A stretch of 64,000 bases of DNA. It comes from the human T2T-CHM13v2.0 reference genome, Homo sapiens. Positions within the stretch are counted from its first letter, which is position 1. Each line of letters begins with the position of its first letter. Position numbers and translations under genes: made by a program. The notes below the pieces were generated by a model, which saw nothing but the letters and a program-made list of their open reading frames with translations, was not told where the DNA came from and did not search any database. Location: the NCBI RefSeq assembly GCF_009914755.1, contig NC_060940.1. One strand, given 5' to 3'. Below are positions 1-16,856 of the stretch, one piece after another.

Positions 1-300
1 GGAGAGGGCAGTTGTGTGCCATGCTGTGGAGTGGAGACTTTATGCTGAGGGCAGTGGTGAGCCATCGGAGGGGTAATGCAAGGGCATAACACAGTCATAT
101 TCACGTTATAAAGATCACTCTGGCTGCTACATAAGATGCAAAGTAGAGGCAGGGAGCGGACCTCAGGGCTGGAAGACCAGTTGGGAGAATGTTGCTGTTG
201 TTCGGGTGAAAGGGGATGGTCGTTTGGACCAAGAGATTGGTAGTAGAGTTGGGGTCCAGTTGACAGGCTCAAGACTCTGTCCAATGAGTGATTGGATACC
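1..300 (-). mobile_element. L2 (LINE-2) fragment
   Basis: Degenerate purine-rich L2-like text (e.g. aaagatcactctggctgct, ggaagaccagttgggag); recognised by eye. Confidence 0.55.
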
Positions 301-387
301 AGACAACCTAGAGAGTTATTAGGGTGCAGAATAAACAATTCATCCCGAAGTCCAGCCCCAAGGAAATTACTATTACTACTACTTATT

Positions 388-1076
<689 letters not shown>

Positions 1077-1544
1077 AGTGAGAGTGGCTGCACAATATGC
1101 TATTGTCTGGATGCACCATAATTTATTGAAACAATCCTTATTGCTGGACATTGAAGTTGTTCATATATATTTTTTACCATTATTAAGAATGCTAGTTATA
1201 ATAGTTTGACTTAAAGCTTTTCCCATATTTTAGACCTTTTTAAGAATAATTGTTAGAGAATACTAGAGGATTTTCCAAAGAGAGGTAGCCCCAAAGGAAG
1301 ACTCAGCACTGACTTCACTGAACAGGTGCCTTCTCCTTTCTGGTCAGTTTCCTTATCTGTGAAGTGGGCTCTACGTGTGATGATCTCTATCACTATCATC
1401 CTCTGAGTCTGCTCTGACTTTGAGCAGAGGGCAACTGCCCACCCTGACTCTGAGCTGAGCCTCTTGGGTGGTCATCCCAGCTAATCCTCTACTGCTTTGA
1501 AGGGAGCACTAACGGAGGAGAGCCTTTCTGGGATCCAAAATAGC

Positions 1545-2060
1545 AGCGTGGTTGCTAGCATGGGCTCGAACTCAGATAGGCATGGATCTGAATCCACTTA
1601 CTAGCTGTAAACCTGGGTCAGGCTATTTATTCTCTGCATGCCTCTGTTTTCTCATCTGTAAAATGGTGATAATGATAGGGTATAGCTTATTGGGTTATAA
1701 CAAGGACTAATGAGATAGAGCATGTGAGGCATTTGGCTGATCTTGAGCAGCAAGAGAATATTCAGCCTTCGTACTACTTTTCTATTCTTAGAGAACCTAC
1801 GATTTTAAGTGGGAGAGTCAGTATGGTGTTGTATTGAAGAGTGTATACCCTGGGGTCTGATTGTCTGGGTTCCATCTATCATCGTTCTACAACTGCTAGT
1901 TCTATGACCTTGGACAACTTCTCTGAGCCTCAGTTTCCTCATTTGTGAAATGAAGATAATACTATGCCCATATTAAAGGGTTGTCGTGAGTATGTAAATG
2001 AATTAATATATGTGAAGGAACTGAGAACACTGCGTGGCACATGGTGAATGCCGGAGGAGT
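1545..2060 (+). mobile_element. Two tandem MIR elements
   Basis: MIR core (cttactagctgt..., cctcagtttcctcat[t/c]tgt[a/g]aaatg) seen twice, ~1545-1770 and ~1815-2060. Confidence 0.7.
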
Positions 2061-3084
2061 GTTAAAAAAGAATGTACATTTTATCCAGCTAATATGGAAG
2101 TCACCTCTGTAACCGCTAGTCTTTGCTGAGTGCCCACTACGTGTCAGGTGTATCTCAGGACACCTCACACGTGCAGTACTCAACAGCTCCCACAGCAATG
2201 AGTCAAGGCAGAAATGATGATTCATCCTACTTTACAGACTGGGAAGGTGAGGTTCAGGGTGGCTCCCTGACATGCCTGAGGTGCTGGTTTCTGCAGGAAG
2301 AGTTCTGTATCCTTATACACTCAATGCCCTGCCCACAACATCATGCAGTATGATCTTGATTATTTTGGACCATTGACTATGAAGGCGATTGGAAAGCTGC
2401 AAGAAAAATGGTGTCCTTGAAGCTGTGATGAAAAATGATCACTTTTCACAGTCCAAAGAGCTTCTAGTTAAATTACTAGCTCCCTTTGTCCAAGGCTGGC
2501 CCAAAGGTTATTGACTTGATAGGGCACCCTTTCTGATGGAGGGTCACTTTTAGGCTTGGAATCTGTTATATTTTTTTGAATCAGATCCAATGGTCTGATT
2601 TGCTGTCCTGACCCTCCTAATAAATGAGCTGGTTTACTCAATTTCCCATGAGGTTGCCAGGATTGGGATAAGGGAGGAATTACAAAATGAGTCTCTGTCT
2701 CCTATGAAGTTAAAGTTGAGTTCCTTGATATGACTTTCCTAAACATAGGCAAGATAGCAAGAGGGAAACAGACAGGTGGAAACAAGGAAAGATGAGAGAG
2801 GGACAGGGAGAAGAGACATTGTGACATTGCTTATGATCATTTGAGTTTTTGTGTTTTTTTTTTTTTTCAAATTTGCAACTGAAAAATTCCAGATGAAGTT
2901 GTCAATAAGGTAAAGAGTATGGAAAGTTTTTGTAGCTGGAGGTCTAGGTAGGAGTAGCATTTCATAATTAATGAGCTCAAAGCAGCCCCTCATTTGCCTG
3001 TCTCTATTTCAGCAAAAGTTAAGGCTGAAAATTAAGCAGATGAATGAATAAATAATTAGGTCAGCAGATGCCATGCAAAGAGTG

Positions 3085-3310
3085 CAGTTTTGGAGTTAGG
3101 CAGTTTGGAGGTGGGGGTTCAAATCCCAGCTATGTCACTTACCAGCTGTGTGGCACGGGACAAGTGTTTGCTTACATTTTCTCCTTTACAATCTGCAGAT
3201 GTTAATGTCAATTATTATGGGTTGTTTTGAGAATTGCACAAGTTAATGTGAACGACATGCATGGCATAGGACTTCCCACACAACAGGTGAGCAGTAAATG
3301 TTAATAAATA
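3085..3310 (+). mobile_element. MIR
   Basis: ggttcaaatcccagctatgtcacttaccagctgtgtg core. Confidence 0.65.
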
Positions 3311-3477
3311 TCAAGGGTTGTGCAGACTTCCAGGTCCTAGTTTTAAGATGCAAGAATGGAACCAGAAGTTCTCTAAAGGCTGCACGTGTTTCATAACTCC
3401 AGAGCGTCCTAACACAATGACTTTCTGAAATATTTGTACAAAGGTGGAGAGCCTATTTGTCTCCTGCCTGCCCATCC

Positions 3478-3511
3478 TCTAACCATTTCTCCATCTAACC
3501 ATTTCTCCATC
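3478..3511. repeat. Perfect 16-bp tandem duplication (TCTAACCATTTCTCCA)x2
   Basis: Read directly: 3478-3493 equals 3494-3509. Confidence 0.9.
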
Positions 3512-3859
3512 ATCTGCCCGGCTAGGGTCTAGGGCTGAAAGGTCAGAGAATGGCTCTTTTTGCCCAAAGCAATGATGAGCAAACCTGTTCAGGAGGAGAG
3601 AACATCCCTGGTTAACTATTATTTGTCCCTCAGGACCCAGCTCACACCTCAGTGCTTGAAGGCATGGTTCACAGACCAACAGCATCAGCATCACCTCCAA
3701 GCTTGTTATAATTGCAGCATCTCAGCCCAGCCCAGACCTTTGAGTCAGAATTTGCATGTTAACAAGTCCCTGGAGACGCGTGCACACATTGACAGTGGAG
3801 AGGTAGTGCCCCAAGCCCTTGGCAGGGTCAAGCCCCCTCCTTTATTAAATTCTCAGTGA

Positions 3860-4085
3860 TCCTTGCATCTCTTTTGTGGCATTCCTCTCTCTTGTAAACT
3901 GTTAACTATTGCTTATACCTCTTGCTTGATTTCTGACTTTCCCTGCTAGACAGCTGACTCCCCCAAACAATGTACACATTTATGTTGTTCACATCTATAT
4001 CCCTAGATTGTCATGTAGTTTCTAGAACACAAAAGGAGTCACTTCATTAGTGTTGTAAAATGAATGAATGAATGAATGAAGAAAT
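3860..4085 (+). mobile_element. L2 3' end with (GAAT)n tail
   Basis: ctagacag...tctagaacac...tgaatgaatgaatgaatgaa. Confidence 0.6.
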
Positions 4086-4192
4086 GATGGGGATTGAGCT
4101 TCTTGAAGGAAGAGAGTTATTCATGCTCGAGAGCTTCTCAGTCTTCATAAGTGGGTAAAGAGTAGCTGCTAAGACAAAAATAAAAAGGGTCA

Positions 4193-4637
<445 letters not shown>

Positions 4638-4718
4638 TCTAGCCCATCTCAGTCCCAACACATGCATTGCTAAGACCCTGGAGAGTCTGTCTGAGCTTTA
4701 TGTGAGTGTTACTAACAT

Positions 4719-4773
4719 AAAATAGAGGGAAGAAACAAAATAGAGGAAGAAACAAAAATAGAGGCAAGAAAAC
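4719..4773. repeat. Three copies of a ~18-bp unit AAAATAGAGG(N)AAGAAAC
   Basis: Read directly. Confidence 0.8.
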
Positions 4774-5009
4774 CCCCCAAATTGTAGGAAAAGTGTATTT
4801 GTTGAGTTTGGCTGAGGAAGGATCACGTGGTGGCAATACCATGGGCCTAGAGAAAGAGGAGACCAGATTTTGTGAGATTTGGAGCACATCCCTTGCTCTG
4901 AGTCTCTCACTGTCAAAACGCAAATACAAATCTGCAATGCCCCGCAACTTCACATGGCAGTTGTGAGGATTAGCATTCAATGGCAATTCTCAAGACATAT
5001 TGCACTGTC

Positions 5010-5370
5010 CAGCAATAAAAAAAGAATAAAGTACTGATTCACGTACAATGTGGATAAACCTCAAAAACATAATGCTAAGTGAAAGAAAACAGGCAGAAAA
5101 AGCCACCTGTGGAAGGATTCCATTTATAAGAAATGTACAGAATAAATAAATTCATAGAGACAGAAAGTAGATTAGTGGTTTCAGGGGAGAAAGGAAGGGG
5201 AGGTGACTGCTTAATGGGTATAGGGTCTTTTTGGAGGTGATTAAGGGGTTTTGGAATGTCTAGGCAGAGGTGGTGGTTACACAACACTCTGAATATAGTA
5301 AATGCCAATGAACTATTCATTTTTAAATTGCTTGATGGGTGAATTTTATCTCAATTAAAAAGAAAAATCA
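5010..5370 (+). mobile_element. L1M (L1MB/MC-type) 3' end
   Basis: cagcaataaaaaaagaat...ctaagtgaaagaa...ttcatagagacagaaagtagattagtggtt...tatctcaattaaaa. Confidence 0.8.
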
Positions 5371-5372
5371 TA

Positions 5373-5600
5373 GGAGGCCGAGGCGGGTGGATCAGTTGAG
5401 GTCAGGAGTTTGAGACCAGCCTGGTCAACATGGTGAAACCCCGTCTCTACTAAAAATATGAAAATTAGCCAGGCCTGGTGATGGGCACCTGTAGTCAGGA
5501 GAATCACTTGAATGGCAGGCGGAGGTTGCAGTGAGCCAAGATCATGCCACTGCCTGGCAGAGCAAGAGTCCGTCTCAAAAAAAAAAAAAAAAAAAAGAAA
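5373..5600 (+). mobile_element. AluS, 5'-truncated with internal deletions
   Basis: ggaggccgaggcgggtggatca...gtctc plus A tail. Confidence 0.85.
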
Positions 5601-7912
5601 GATCAAGTGATGAGTTTTAAAAGTGCCAGGTGACCAGCCACACTCCTTCTCTACTGAATCTGATTCATTTGCTCTGAAAAGGGGCCTAAACGTTGGTTAT
5701 TTTTAACAAGCTCTTTAGAGGGGTTATAGTCGGCTGGCAAGGTTGAGAACTATAGGCTTAAAGAAATGCATTGTGATGGACAGGGTGTGGCTTCAAAGTC
5801 CAGCTGACCTGCGTCTGGGTCCTGTCTCCACTTCCAGATTGCTAATTCCCTGAACCTGTTTCATCTGCAAAGATGCAAGTTATAATATTTACCACATCAG
5901 GGCTATTGTTAAAATCACATTAGGTCATGTAAGTGATGCACGTGGGCTTGACATTTATTAGGTGCTAAATAAACTACTATTATTATTATAAAGAGTAGAT
6001 GTCAAAATTGACTGTAAATGTTTAAAAGAGCCATTAAATTATAAGGTAATGAGATTTTTCTGCCATTATTCCCAGACGCTGGGCTTTGTGGGAGTAGGAA
6101 GGGGAAAGAGAAAGGATGTGATGTTACCTAGATAATTATTTTCTCTACTTATCAATGTGTTTATATAATCAAGTCTAAAATAAAATTAGTTGGGATCACA
6201 GTAGGTGATAATTCCTCTCAACTACAAACCAAAAAAAAAAAAAAAAAGAAAAAGAAATCTTCTTCTTTTATAAAGGCCCTCAAAGTTTTCTTTTGTGTCT
6301 TTGGGAAGTAAACAAACAACAACAACAAACAAGCAAAGTGGTCAAGTGGTCTAGGGCTCCTTGGCATATAGTTGGGTTTTATTTTATGGCCTTGAGATCT
6401 GGCTGTTGTTATTGTTGTTGTTGTTTTGGTCCACTCTGGCCTCTAAGGAGCTGAATTTAATTCATGGCCTTTCTCAAATCATTATATCCTATAGTCAGTG
6501 GCAATAAATCTGACAAATTAAGTTTACCCAATGGCTTTCAATTATTTTTTGTCTTTATTTTTCCTCCACCTCCATTTTCTCATCAATCCATGCATTCATT
6601 TGCATGTATTCATGTATTCATTCTCTTCTTTCGTTGCATGATTTCCCGTAAGCTGCTTTGATGTAACGTTGCTGCTATTACCTGGGGCTCTGGGGTCAGA
6701 CCCAGACCCTGTGGATTTGTCACCAGTTCTGTCTTTTTCTGGATGTGTGGCATCAATTTTTTTTTTTAAATCTCTCTGTGCCTTGATTTCTTCATCTCTA
6801 CAATGGGGATTTTAACAGTGTCTGCCTCATGGGATAGTCGGAGGATTCAATGAGATAGTATATTTATGAAGAGTTTAGCATAGTCATGAAGTAAAATCTG
6901 AGAAGTGATAGCGTCTCATCCTCAGATCGGATGGGATCCTTTGGGCTCTGAGACTCTGTGATCACCTTTCCTGGGCATGCTTCTTCTTAGCCATTTGGGG
7001 ACAACGCCTCTTTGGACAGTTGCCCTACAAAGCATCATTTCTTCCTCTGAGAAACTGGGTTTGGTGTCCTGAATTATTTGGCTGCTTTCAATCTCTCCCA
7101 CCCAGTGGAGCACAGCAGTGTCCACACCACAGACCCTGTCCATGCCACCTGGGTGGGTAGTGCTGCAACTAGGGACCTCTCACCCTGACCTTTTGAACGT
7201 CACTCTCCCAATTTTAATTTTTTAAAGATCTTCTCCTTTTCCTTTTGCTTGAGTGGCAAATGCTTCTCTCCTACCACTTACTGCAAGTGCTCAGAACTTT
7301 TCTCCAAGTGGTGGCCAAGGCAGTCTGATGTGAGATTCATCTTCATGTAAAGCCAGTACTCAGACACACACACAGCACATGCAATGTCAGGAATGTCAGT
7401 GCTTTACACTTAGCATCTCACTTAAATCTTAAAACCACCCCCAAGAAATGGGCATTTTATTAATCCTGTTTTTTAAAGGGAAGAAAACAGGCTTAAGAAG
7501 TCAAGAAACTTTTCCAAAAGCCACAGAGCTAATAAGTTTTAGGTCGGATTTGAAGTAGACATCCCACCCCAGAACTGAGGTTCTTAACTATTGTGTTGAA
7601 CTGCCTCTTTATAACAATTAGCTTTTTTTCAAACCTCCTAGTTTAACGAAGGAGGCAATAACTTTTCAGAGAGGGGCTGCGTCCTGCCCTTGTCACAGAG
7701 AGAGAGAGAGGTGGATACAGAACCAAGACTACAATCCAGGTCTCACAGTCTTGCATTTCCCCCCCATGACACAATTTTGTAGTTAAGTTCCAAAGTGACG
7801 CACCTTCTGCTTGCAGTCAACATCTTCCAGTATTTTCCTAGATTACTCCAGACCACAACAGGCCCCCTTCCTTCTGTGATCTACTCTCTGTATGCCCTAA
7901 CAGGACTAACCT

Positions 7913-7923
7913 CAGATCCATAA

Positions 7924-7927
<4 letters not shown>
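7913..7927 (+). repeat. Left target-site duplication of L1HS (CAGATCCATAATCTT)
   Basis: Identical 15-mer at 14033-14047. Confidence 0.95.
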
Positions 7928-7955
<28 letters not shown>

Positions 7956-7956
<1 letters not shown>

Positions 7957-8000
7957 TGTTTAACTCATCTGCATGTATTTTCTTTTTTGCATTTTTTTTA
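7956..8000 (-). other. Short 3' transduced (non-L1) sequence between two poly(A) tracts
   Basis: Sense reads ...GAGTATAAT A13 TT A8 TGC A6 G AAAATACATGCAGATGAGTTAAACAC then ~A30 and TSD. Confidence 0.8.
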
Positions 8001-8219
8001 ATTTTTTTTTTTTTATTATACTCTAAGTTTTAGGGTACATGTGCACATTGTGCAGGTTAGTTACATATGTATACATGTGCCATGCTGGTGCGCTGCACCC
8101 ACTAACGTGTCATCTAGCATTAGGTATATCTCCCAATGCTATCCCTCCCCCCTCCCCCGACCCCACCACAGTCCCCAGAGTGTGATATTCCCCTTCCTGT
8201 GTCCATGTGATCTCATTGT

Positions 8220-12071
<3,852 letters not shown>

Positions 12072-12110
12072 TCATTAGTTGATGCAGTTTCTTCCTAGTC
12101 TCGATGGTCT

Positions 12111-13127
12111 TTACATTTTGGCATGATTTTGCAGCGGCTGGTACCGGTTGTTCCTTTCCATGTTTAGCGCTTCCTTCAGGAGCTCTTTTAGGGCAGGCCT
12201 GGTGGTGACAAAATCTCTCAGCATTTGCTTGTCTGTAAAGTATTTTATTTCTCCTTCGCTTACGAAGCTTAGTTTGGCTGGATATGAAATTCTGGGTTGA
12301 AAATTCTTGTCTTTAAGAATGTTGAATATTGGCCCCCACTCTCTTCTGGCTTGTAGGGTTTCTGCCGAGAGATCCGCTGTTAGTCTGATGGGCTTTCCTT
12401 TGAGGGTAACCCGACCTTTCTCTCTGGCTGCCCTTAACATTTTTTCCTTCATTTCAACTTTGGTGAATCTGACAATTATGTGTCTTGGAGTTGCTCTTCT
12501 CGAGGAGTATCTTTGTGGCGTTCTCTGTATTTCCTGAATCTGAACGTTGGCCTGCCTTGCTAGATTGGGGAAGTTCTCCTGGATAATATCCTGCAGAGTG
12601 TTTTCCAACTTGGTTCCATTCTCCACATCACTTTCAGGTACACCAATCAGACGTAGATTTGGTCTTTTCACATAGTCCCATATTTCTTGGAGGCTTTGCT
12701 CATTTCTTTTTATTCTTTTTTCTCTAAACTTCCCTTCTCGCTTCATTTCATTCATTTCATCTTCCATTGCTGATACCCTTTCTTCCAGTTGATCGCATCG
12801 GCTCCTGAGGCTTCTGCATTCTTCACGTAGTTCTCGAGCCTTGGTTTTCAGCTCCATCAGCTCCTTTAAGCACTTCTCTGTATTGGTTATTCTAGTTATA
12901 CATTCTTCTAAATTTTTTTCAAAGTTTTCAACTTCTTTGCCTTTGGTTTGAATGTCCTCCCGTAGCTCAGAGTAATTTGATCGTCTGAAGCCTTCTTCTC
13001 TCAGCTCGTCAAAATCATTCTCCATCCAGCTTTGTTCTGTTGCTGGTGAGGAACTGCGTTCCTTTGGAGGAGGAGAGGCGCTCTGCGTTTTAGAGTTTCC
13101 AGTTTTTCTGTTCTGTTTTTTCCCCAT
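12111..13127 (-). CDS. ORF1: L1 ORF1p RNA-binding chaperone, 338 aa
   Basis: Full open frame MGKKQNRKTGNSK...; coiled coil, REKG, ARR (RR261-262) and YPAKLS motifs intact. Confidence 0.98.
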   Translation of the reverse strand: MGKKQNRKTGNSKTQSASPPPKERSSSPATEQSWMENDFDELREEGFRRSNYSELREDIQTKGKEVENFEKNLEECITRITNTEKCLKELMELKTKARELREECRSLRSRCDQLEERVSAMEDEMNEMKREGKFREKRIKRNEQSLQEIWDYVKRPNLRLIGVPESDVENGTKLENTLQDIIQENFPNLARQANVQIQEIQRTPQRYSSRRATPRHIIVRFTKVEMKEKMLRAAREKGRVTLKGKPIRLTADLSAETLQARREWGPIFNILKDKNFQPRISYPAKLSFVSEGEIKYFTDKQMLRDFVTTRPALKELLKEALNMERNNRYQPLQNHAKM

Positions 13128-14032
13128 CTTTGTGGTTTTATCTACTTTTGGTCTTTGATGATGGTGATGTACAGATGGGTTTTCGGTGTAGATGTCCTTT
13201 CTGGTTGTTAGTTTTCCTTCTAACAGACAGGACCCTCAGCTGCAGGTCTGTTGGAATACCCTGCCGTGTGAGGTGTCAGTGTGCCCCTGCTGGGGGGTGC
13301 CTCCCAGTTAGGCTGCTCGGGGGTCAGGGGTCAGGGACCCACTTGAGGAGGCAGTCTGCCCGTTCTCAGATCTCCAGCTGCGTGCTGGGAGAACCACTGC
13401 TCTCTTCAAAGCTGTCAGACAGGGACACTTAAGTCTGCAGAGGTTACTGCTGTCTTTTTGTTTGTCTGTGCCCTGCCCCCAGAGGTGGAGCCTACAGAGG
13501 CAGGCAGGCCTCCTTGAGCTGTGGTGGGCTCCACCCAGTTCGAGCTTCCTGGCTGCTTTGTTTACCTAAGCAAGCCTGGGCAATGGCGGGCGCCCCTCCC
13601 CCAGCCTCGTTGCCGCCCTGCAGTTTGATCTCAGACTGCTGTGCCAGCAATCAGCGAGACTCCGTGGGCGTAGGACCCTCCGAGCCAGGTGTGGGACATA
13701 GTCTCGTGGTGCGCCGTTTCTTAGGCCGGTCTGAAAAGCGCAATATTCGGGTGGGAGCGACCCGATCTTCCAAGTGCGTCCGTCACCCCTTTCCTTGACT
13801 CGGAAAGGGAACTCCCTGACCCCTTGCGCTTCCCAGGTGAGGCAGTGCCTCGCCCTGCTTCGGCTCGCGCACGGTGCGCACACACACTGGCCTGCGCCCA
13901 CTGTCTGGCACTCCCTAGTGAGATGAACCCGGTACCTCAGATGGAAATGCAGAAATCACCCGTCTTCTGCGTCGCTCACGCTGGGAGCTGTAGACCGGAG
14001 CTGTTCCCATTCGGCCATCTTGGCTTCTCCCC
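13128..14032 (-). promoter_or_regulatory. L1 5' UTR: CpG-rich internal sense promoter and antisense promoter; YY1 site intact
   Basis: YY1 motif CAAGATGGCCG (plus 14012-14022); the only CpG-dense segment of the window. Confidence 0.9.
13583..13798 (+). CDS. ORF0: L1 ORF0 (antisense 5' UTR ORF), 71 aa
   Basis: ATG at 13583 gives MAGAPPPASLPPCSLISDCCASNQRDSVGVGPSEPG...RHPFP*; donors at 13688/9 (CAG|GTGTGG) and 13773/4 (CAA|GTGCGT). Confidence 0.9.
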   Translation: MAGAPPPASLPPCSLISDCCASNQRDSVGVGPSEPGVGHSLVVRRFLGRSEKRNIRVGATRSSKCVRHPFP

Positions 14033-14047
14033 CAGATCCATAATCTT
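14033..14047 (+). repeat. Right target-site duplication of L1HS
   Basis: CAGATCCATAATCTT, identical to 7913-7927. Confidence 0.95.
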
Positions 14048-14199
14048 ATCTTTGGGATTCTAGCTCATCTTTCTAGAACTCCTTCTACATCGGAGTCAAC
14101 CTCCACATGTATTGAGCACCTGTGGGATACAGGGCTCTAACCAGATGTCATTTAAGAGTTCTTTCTTCTGTGAGGCTTTCTCCTGGTTCCTCAGGAACA

Positions 14200-14630
14200 G
14201 AGTAGTATTCAGAGCAATGCTAGCTGTGATAACAAATAGATCTGAAGTATATATTAGTTGCAACTCAATATAAGTTTGTTCTCATTTAATAGTCCAAAGA
14301 GACTCCAGGTGAGTGAGGGAGGCTCTCTTTCATGCTGTCACTCAGAGACTCAGGCCAGTGGAAGTTCTGCTATCTTCAACATGGTATTCCAAAGTCATTA
14401 TTGATAATAAAATTCAGCTGGTGGAAGGAAAAAACTACAGGGAATTATGCATGACAACTTTTGAAATAGGTAGAAAAAAAGGCACACATCCATCACTTCT
14501 GCTCACATTCCGTAGATCAAAACTCGGCCCCACAGCCACATGCATCTTCCAGAGAGGCTGGGAGACGTAATCTGTATACCTAGAAAGAAGAGAACGTAGG
14601 TTTTGATGGACAGGACTCTGTCTCTGCTGT
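14200..14630. mobile_element. Old MaLR LTR (MLT1J/K-like)
   Basis: tgctagctgtgataacaaata...ctcagagactcaggc...gctcacattcc...cacagccaca pattern. Confidence 0.55.
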
Positions 14631-16760
14631 AGAGAACTAACATCTTTCTTCTCTTCTGAATCCTAACTCCCTTCCTGATCTCTGAACATCCCCCTGTTTT
14701 AATATCCCCTATTCCCATCCCCAGGATCCTGGGTGGGTTTTCAGAATCAGGATCTTCTGCCTCATCTTTGCTGACTTTCTTCTTCTCATGAGCATTTCAT
14801 TCTCTAGAAATTGACAGAAGCAAGATTCTGGCTTCAGGGTGGTGGTGGCTGGGAGACCGTCAAAAGCTTTTGGGCTAAGCCATGTGCTCAGGCTGTAATT
14901 ACCAGAGGGAGACTATTGAGTACCTAAGAGAATCACCAGGCGCTCAGTGTTTTGGAGCAGGATTTGGGTATTCCATGTTCCCATCACTCACCACATCCTA
15001 GATAGTAATTAGTAGAGAGATTAGCAGCCTAGGCTCATGGATTCACCTGCCACCTCCATTGTTTGAGCGATGTGAGAACTTGGGTAAGACACTCACCTTT
15101 GTTGCACCTTGGCTTCCCTGTCTATAAATGGAGATAATAACAGTACCAACATTTAGACCTATGTTGAGGATTCAGTAAGAACATGCTTAGTAGGGGGATT
15201 GGAATGTAGTAAGTAATAAATGCTGGCTATTTATTTTTAGCAATAACATGAACAGTTTGCAGGCTTTGGAGGATAGAGACAGAAAAGCTCCTTGGAGGGC
15301 TGGGCTTGTGTCTTCCCTTGTATCATTCCAGCACCCAGGCCTTGACAGCATGCTGTCATGGAAAAATGTGATCATTCTTTCCTGTATTTAAAAAATAAAT
15401 TTGTCTGAAGAGTAACTTTATGAGAAGTGTGTGCATCCTTACATTTTATGACTTGGATTTTCTTCTCCTGCCTGCTGCCTGGGTTTAATAAAAGCACAAC
15501 TATAATAGGACAGCATCTGGACAAGTTGATGAGGGGTTTAACTTTTAAGAATAGACCTAGCATCTTTGAGCATCAGCCTTGGAGTACAAATGGGCAGCAA
15601 TCTGCCACAGCCGCTGTAACTGTTTCTCTGCTTCCTACCAGACCTGCTCTTCTCCCTGGCTTTGAGGGGAGGAACACTCAGGTGTAGCACAACTTTCCAG
15701 GTACTGAAAGCCCCAGGGGAGAGAAACAATAATACAAATTCAAAGGATAGCTAAATACACAGAGACCTGTCATTAAAGCAGAATCAGACATGAACTCAGA
15801 TGAAAACCTCAAATCCCCCAGAGTCCCCCAGTCTCTGGCAAGCCTGATACATTGAATGTCTGTGCCTTCCTGTGGTAGATTTCTTTCGTTCTTCCTACTG
15901 CCCAAATTAATTGTTTTAGAGTCCCCTGCTATGACGGGTATTCTGAAAAGACCCAATCCACTGATTTGTAAATTTTAGCTAATGCACCTCTTCAAAGACT
16001 ATTCCAATCTTAAAAAATATCACAGGATGAGAAAAAGCCACTGGGCAAGAAGTTATCAGAAATTTGTCCCCTTACTCTCTGTGTTCTATGGTGACAGAAG
16101 GGGATGGGGTGAAGAAGTTGCTATAATTTTTGTGCTTATTCAACTTTGTTAAAGCTTTTCTGTCTCAGTGTAGAACATCTCATCCCTGCAGCATGGGAGA
16201 TACCCTAAAGCCTCCTAAACCTCGCAAGTGTTCATTGTATAATTTGAAGCTACCGTAGGGCAGCAATAGGAGGGGGGTGTTCTGGCTACTGTAACATCCG
16301 GAAGCAAAGGTCACAGCATTGAAGGTCATGGACTACAATCTGTCATTTACAAAAATTACTTCCACAGGATTTTCTTATTTAAGGATGTCAGGTGCAAACC
16401 CCAGCCTCAACTTCCAACAGATAAGGCATTCGGGGTTTCATTAAACCCAAAGTACATTGTAGCCAGAGCCTTAAACACTGTCTTCTGTGCAGGAGATTGT
16501 ATTGCTAGGAACAGGAGTGTCCATCTCCTCTTCTCCTAACTGGAACGTTCCTGATTCTTCATGATTGAGCTCAGGCCAAGAACATTATCTGAAATCCACA
16601 AATCATCCTCTAGTCTTGTTAGCTCATTCAGTTTACATCTTCCCATTGCCCAGAGAGTGATTATTACACAGAATTACATAAATCATAATAAAATGAAATT
16701 CTACAGAGTCATGCCTAGAAAAGTTTTCTTTGAAGTTATTTTATGTTTACTCGTATTTAT

Positions 16761-16856
16761 TTATTGAAACACTTTGTTAAGAAGTAAAAATAGAGACAGC
16801 TTAAGTTTCAGGGCTTCATAAAGGATCCCGATTCCCACTCTGGGGCATTTCACGCA
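16761..16856 (+). repeat. ~96-bp direct repeat, copy 1
   Basis: Matches 17313-17410 with only a few substitutions and one small indel. Confidence 0.9.
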
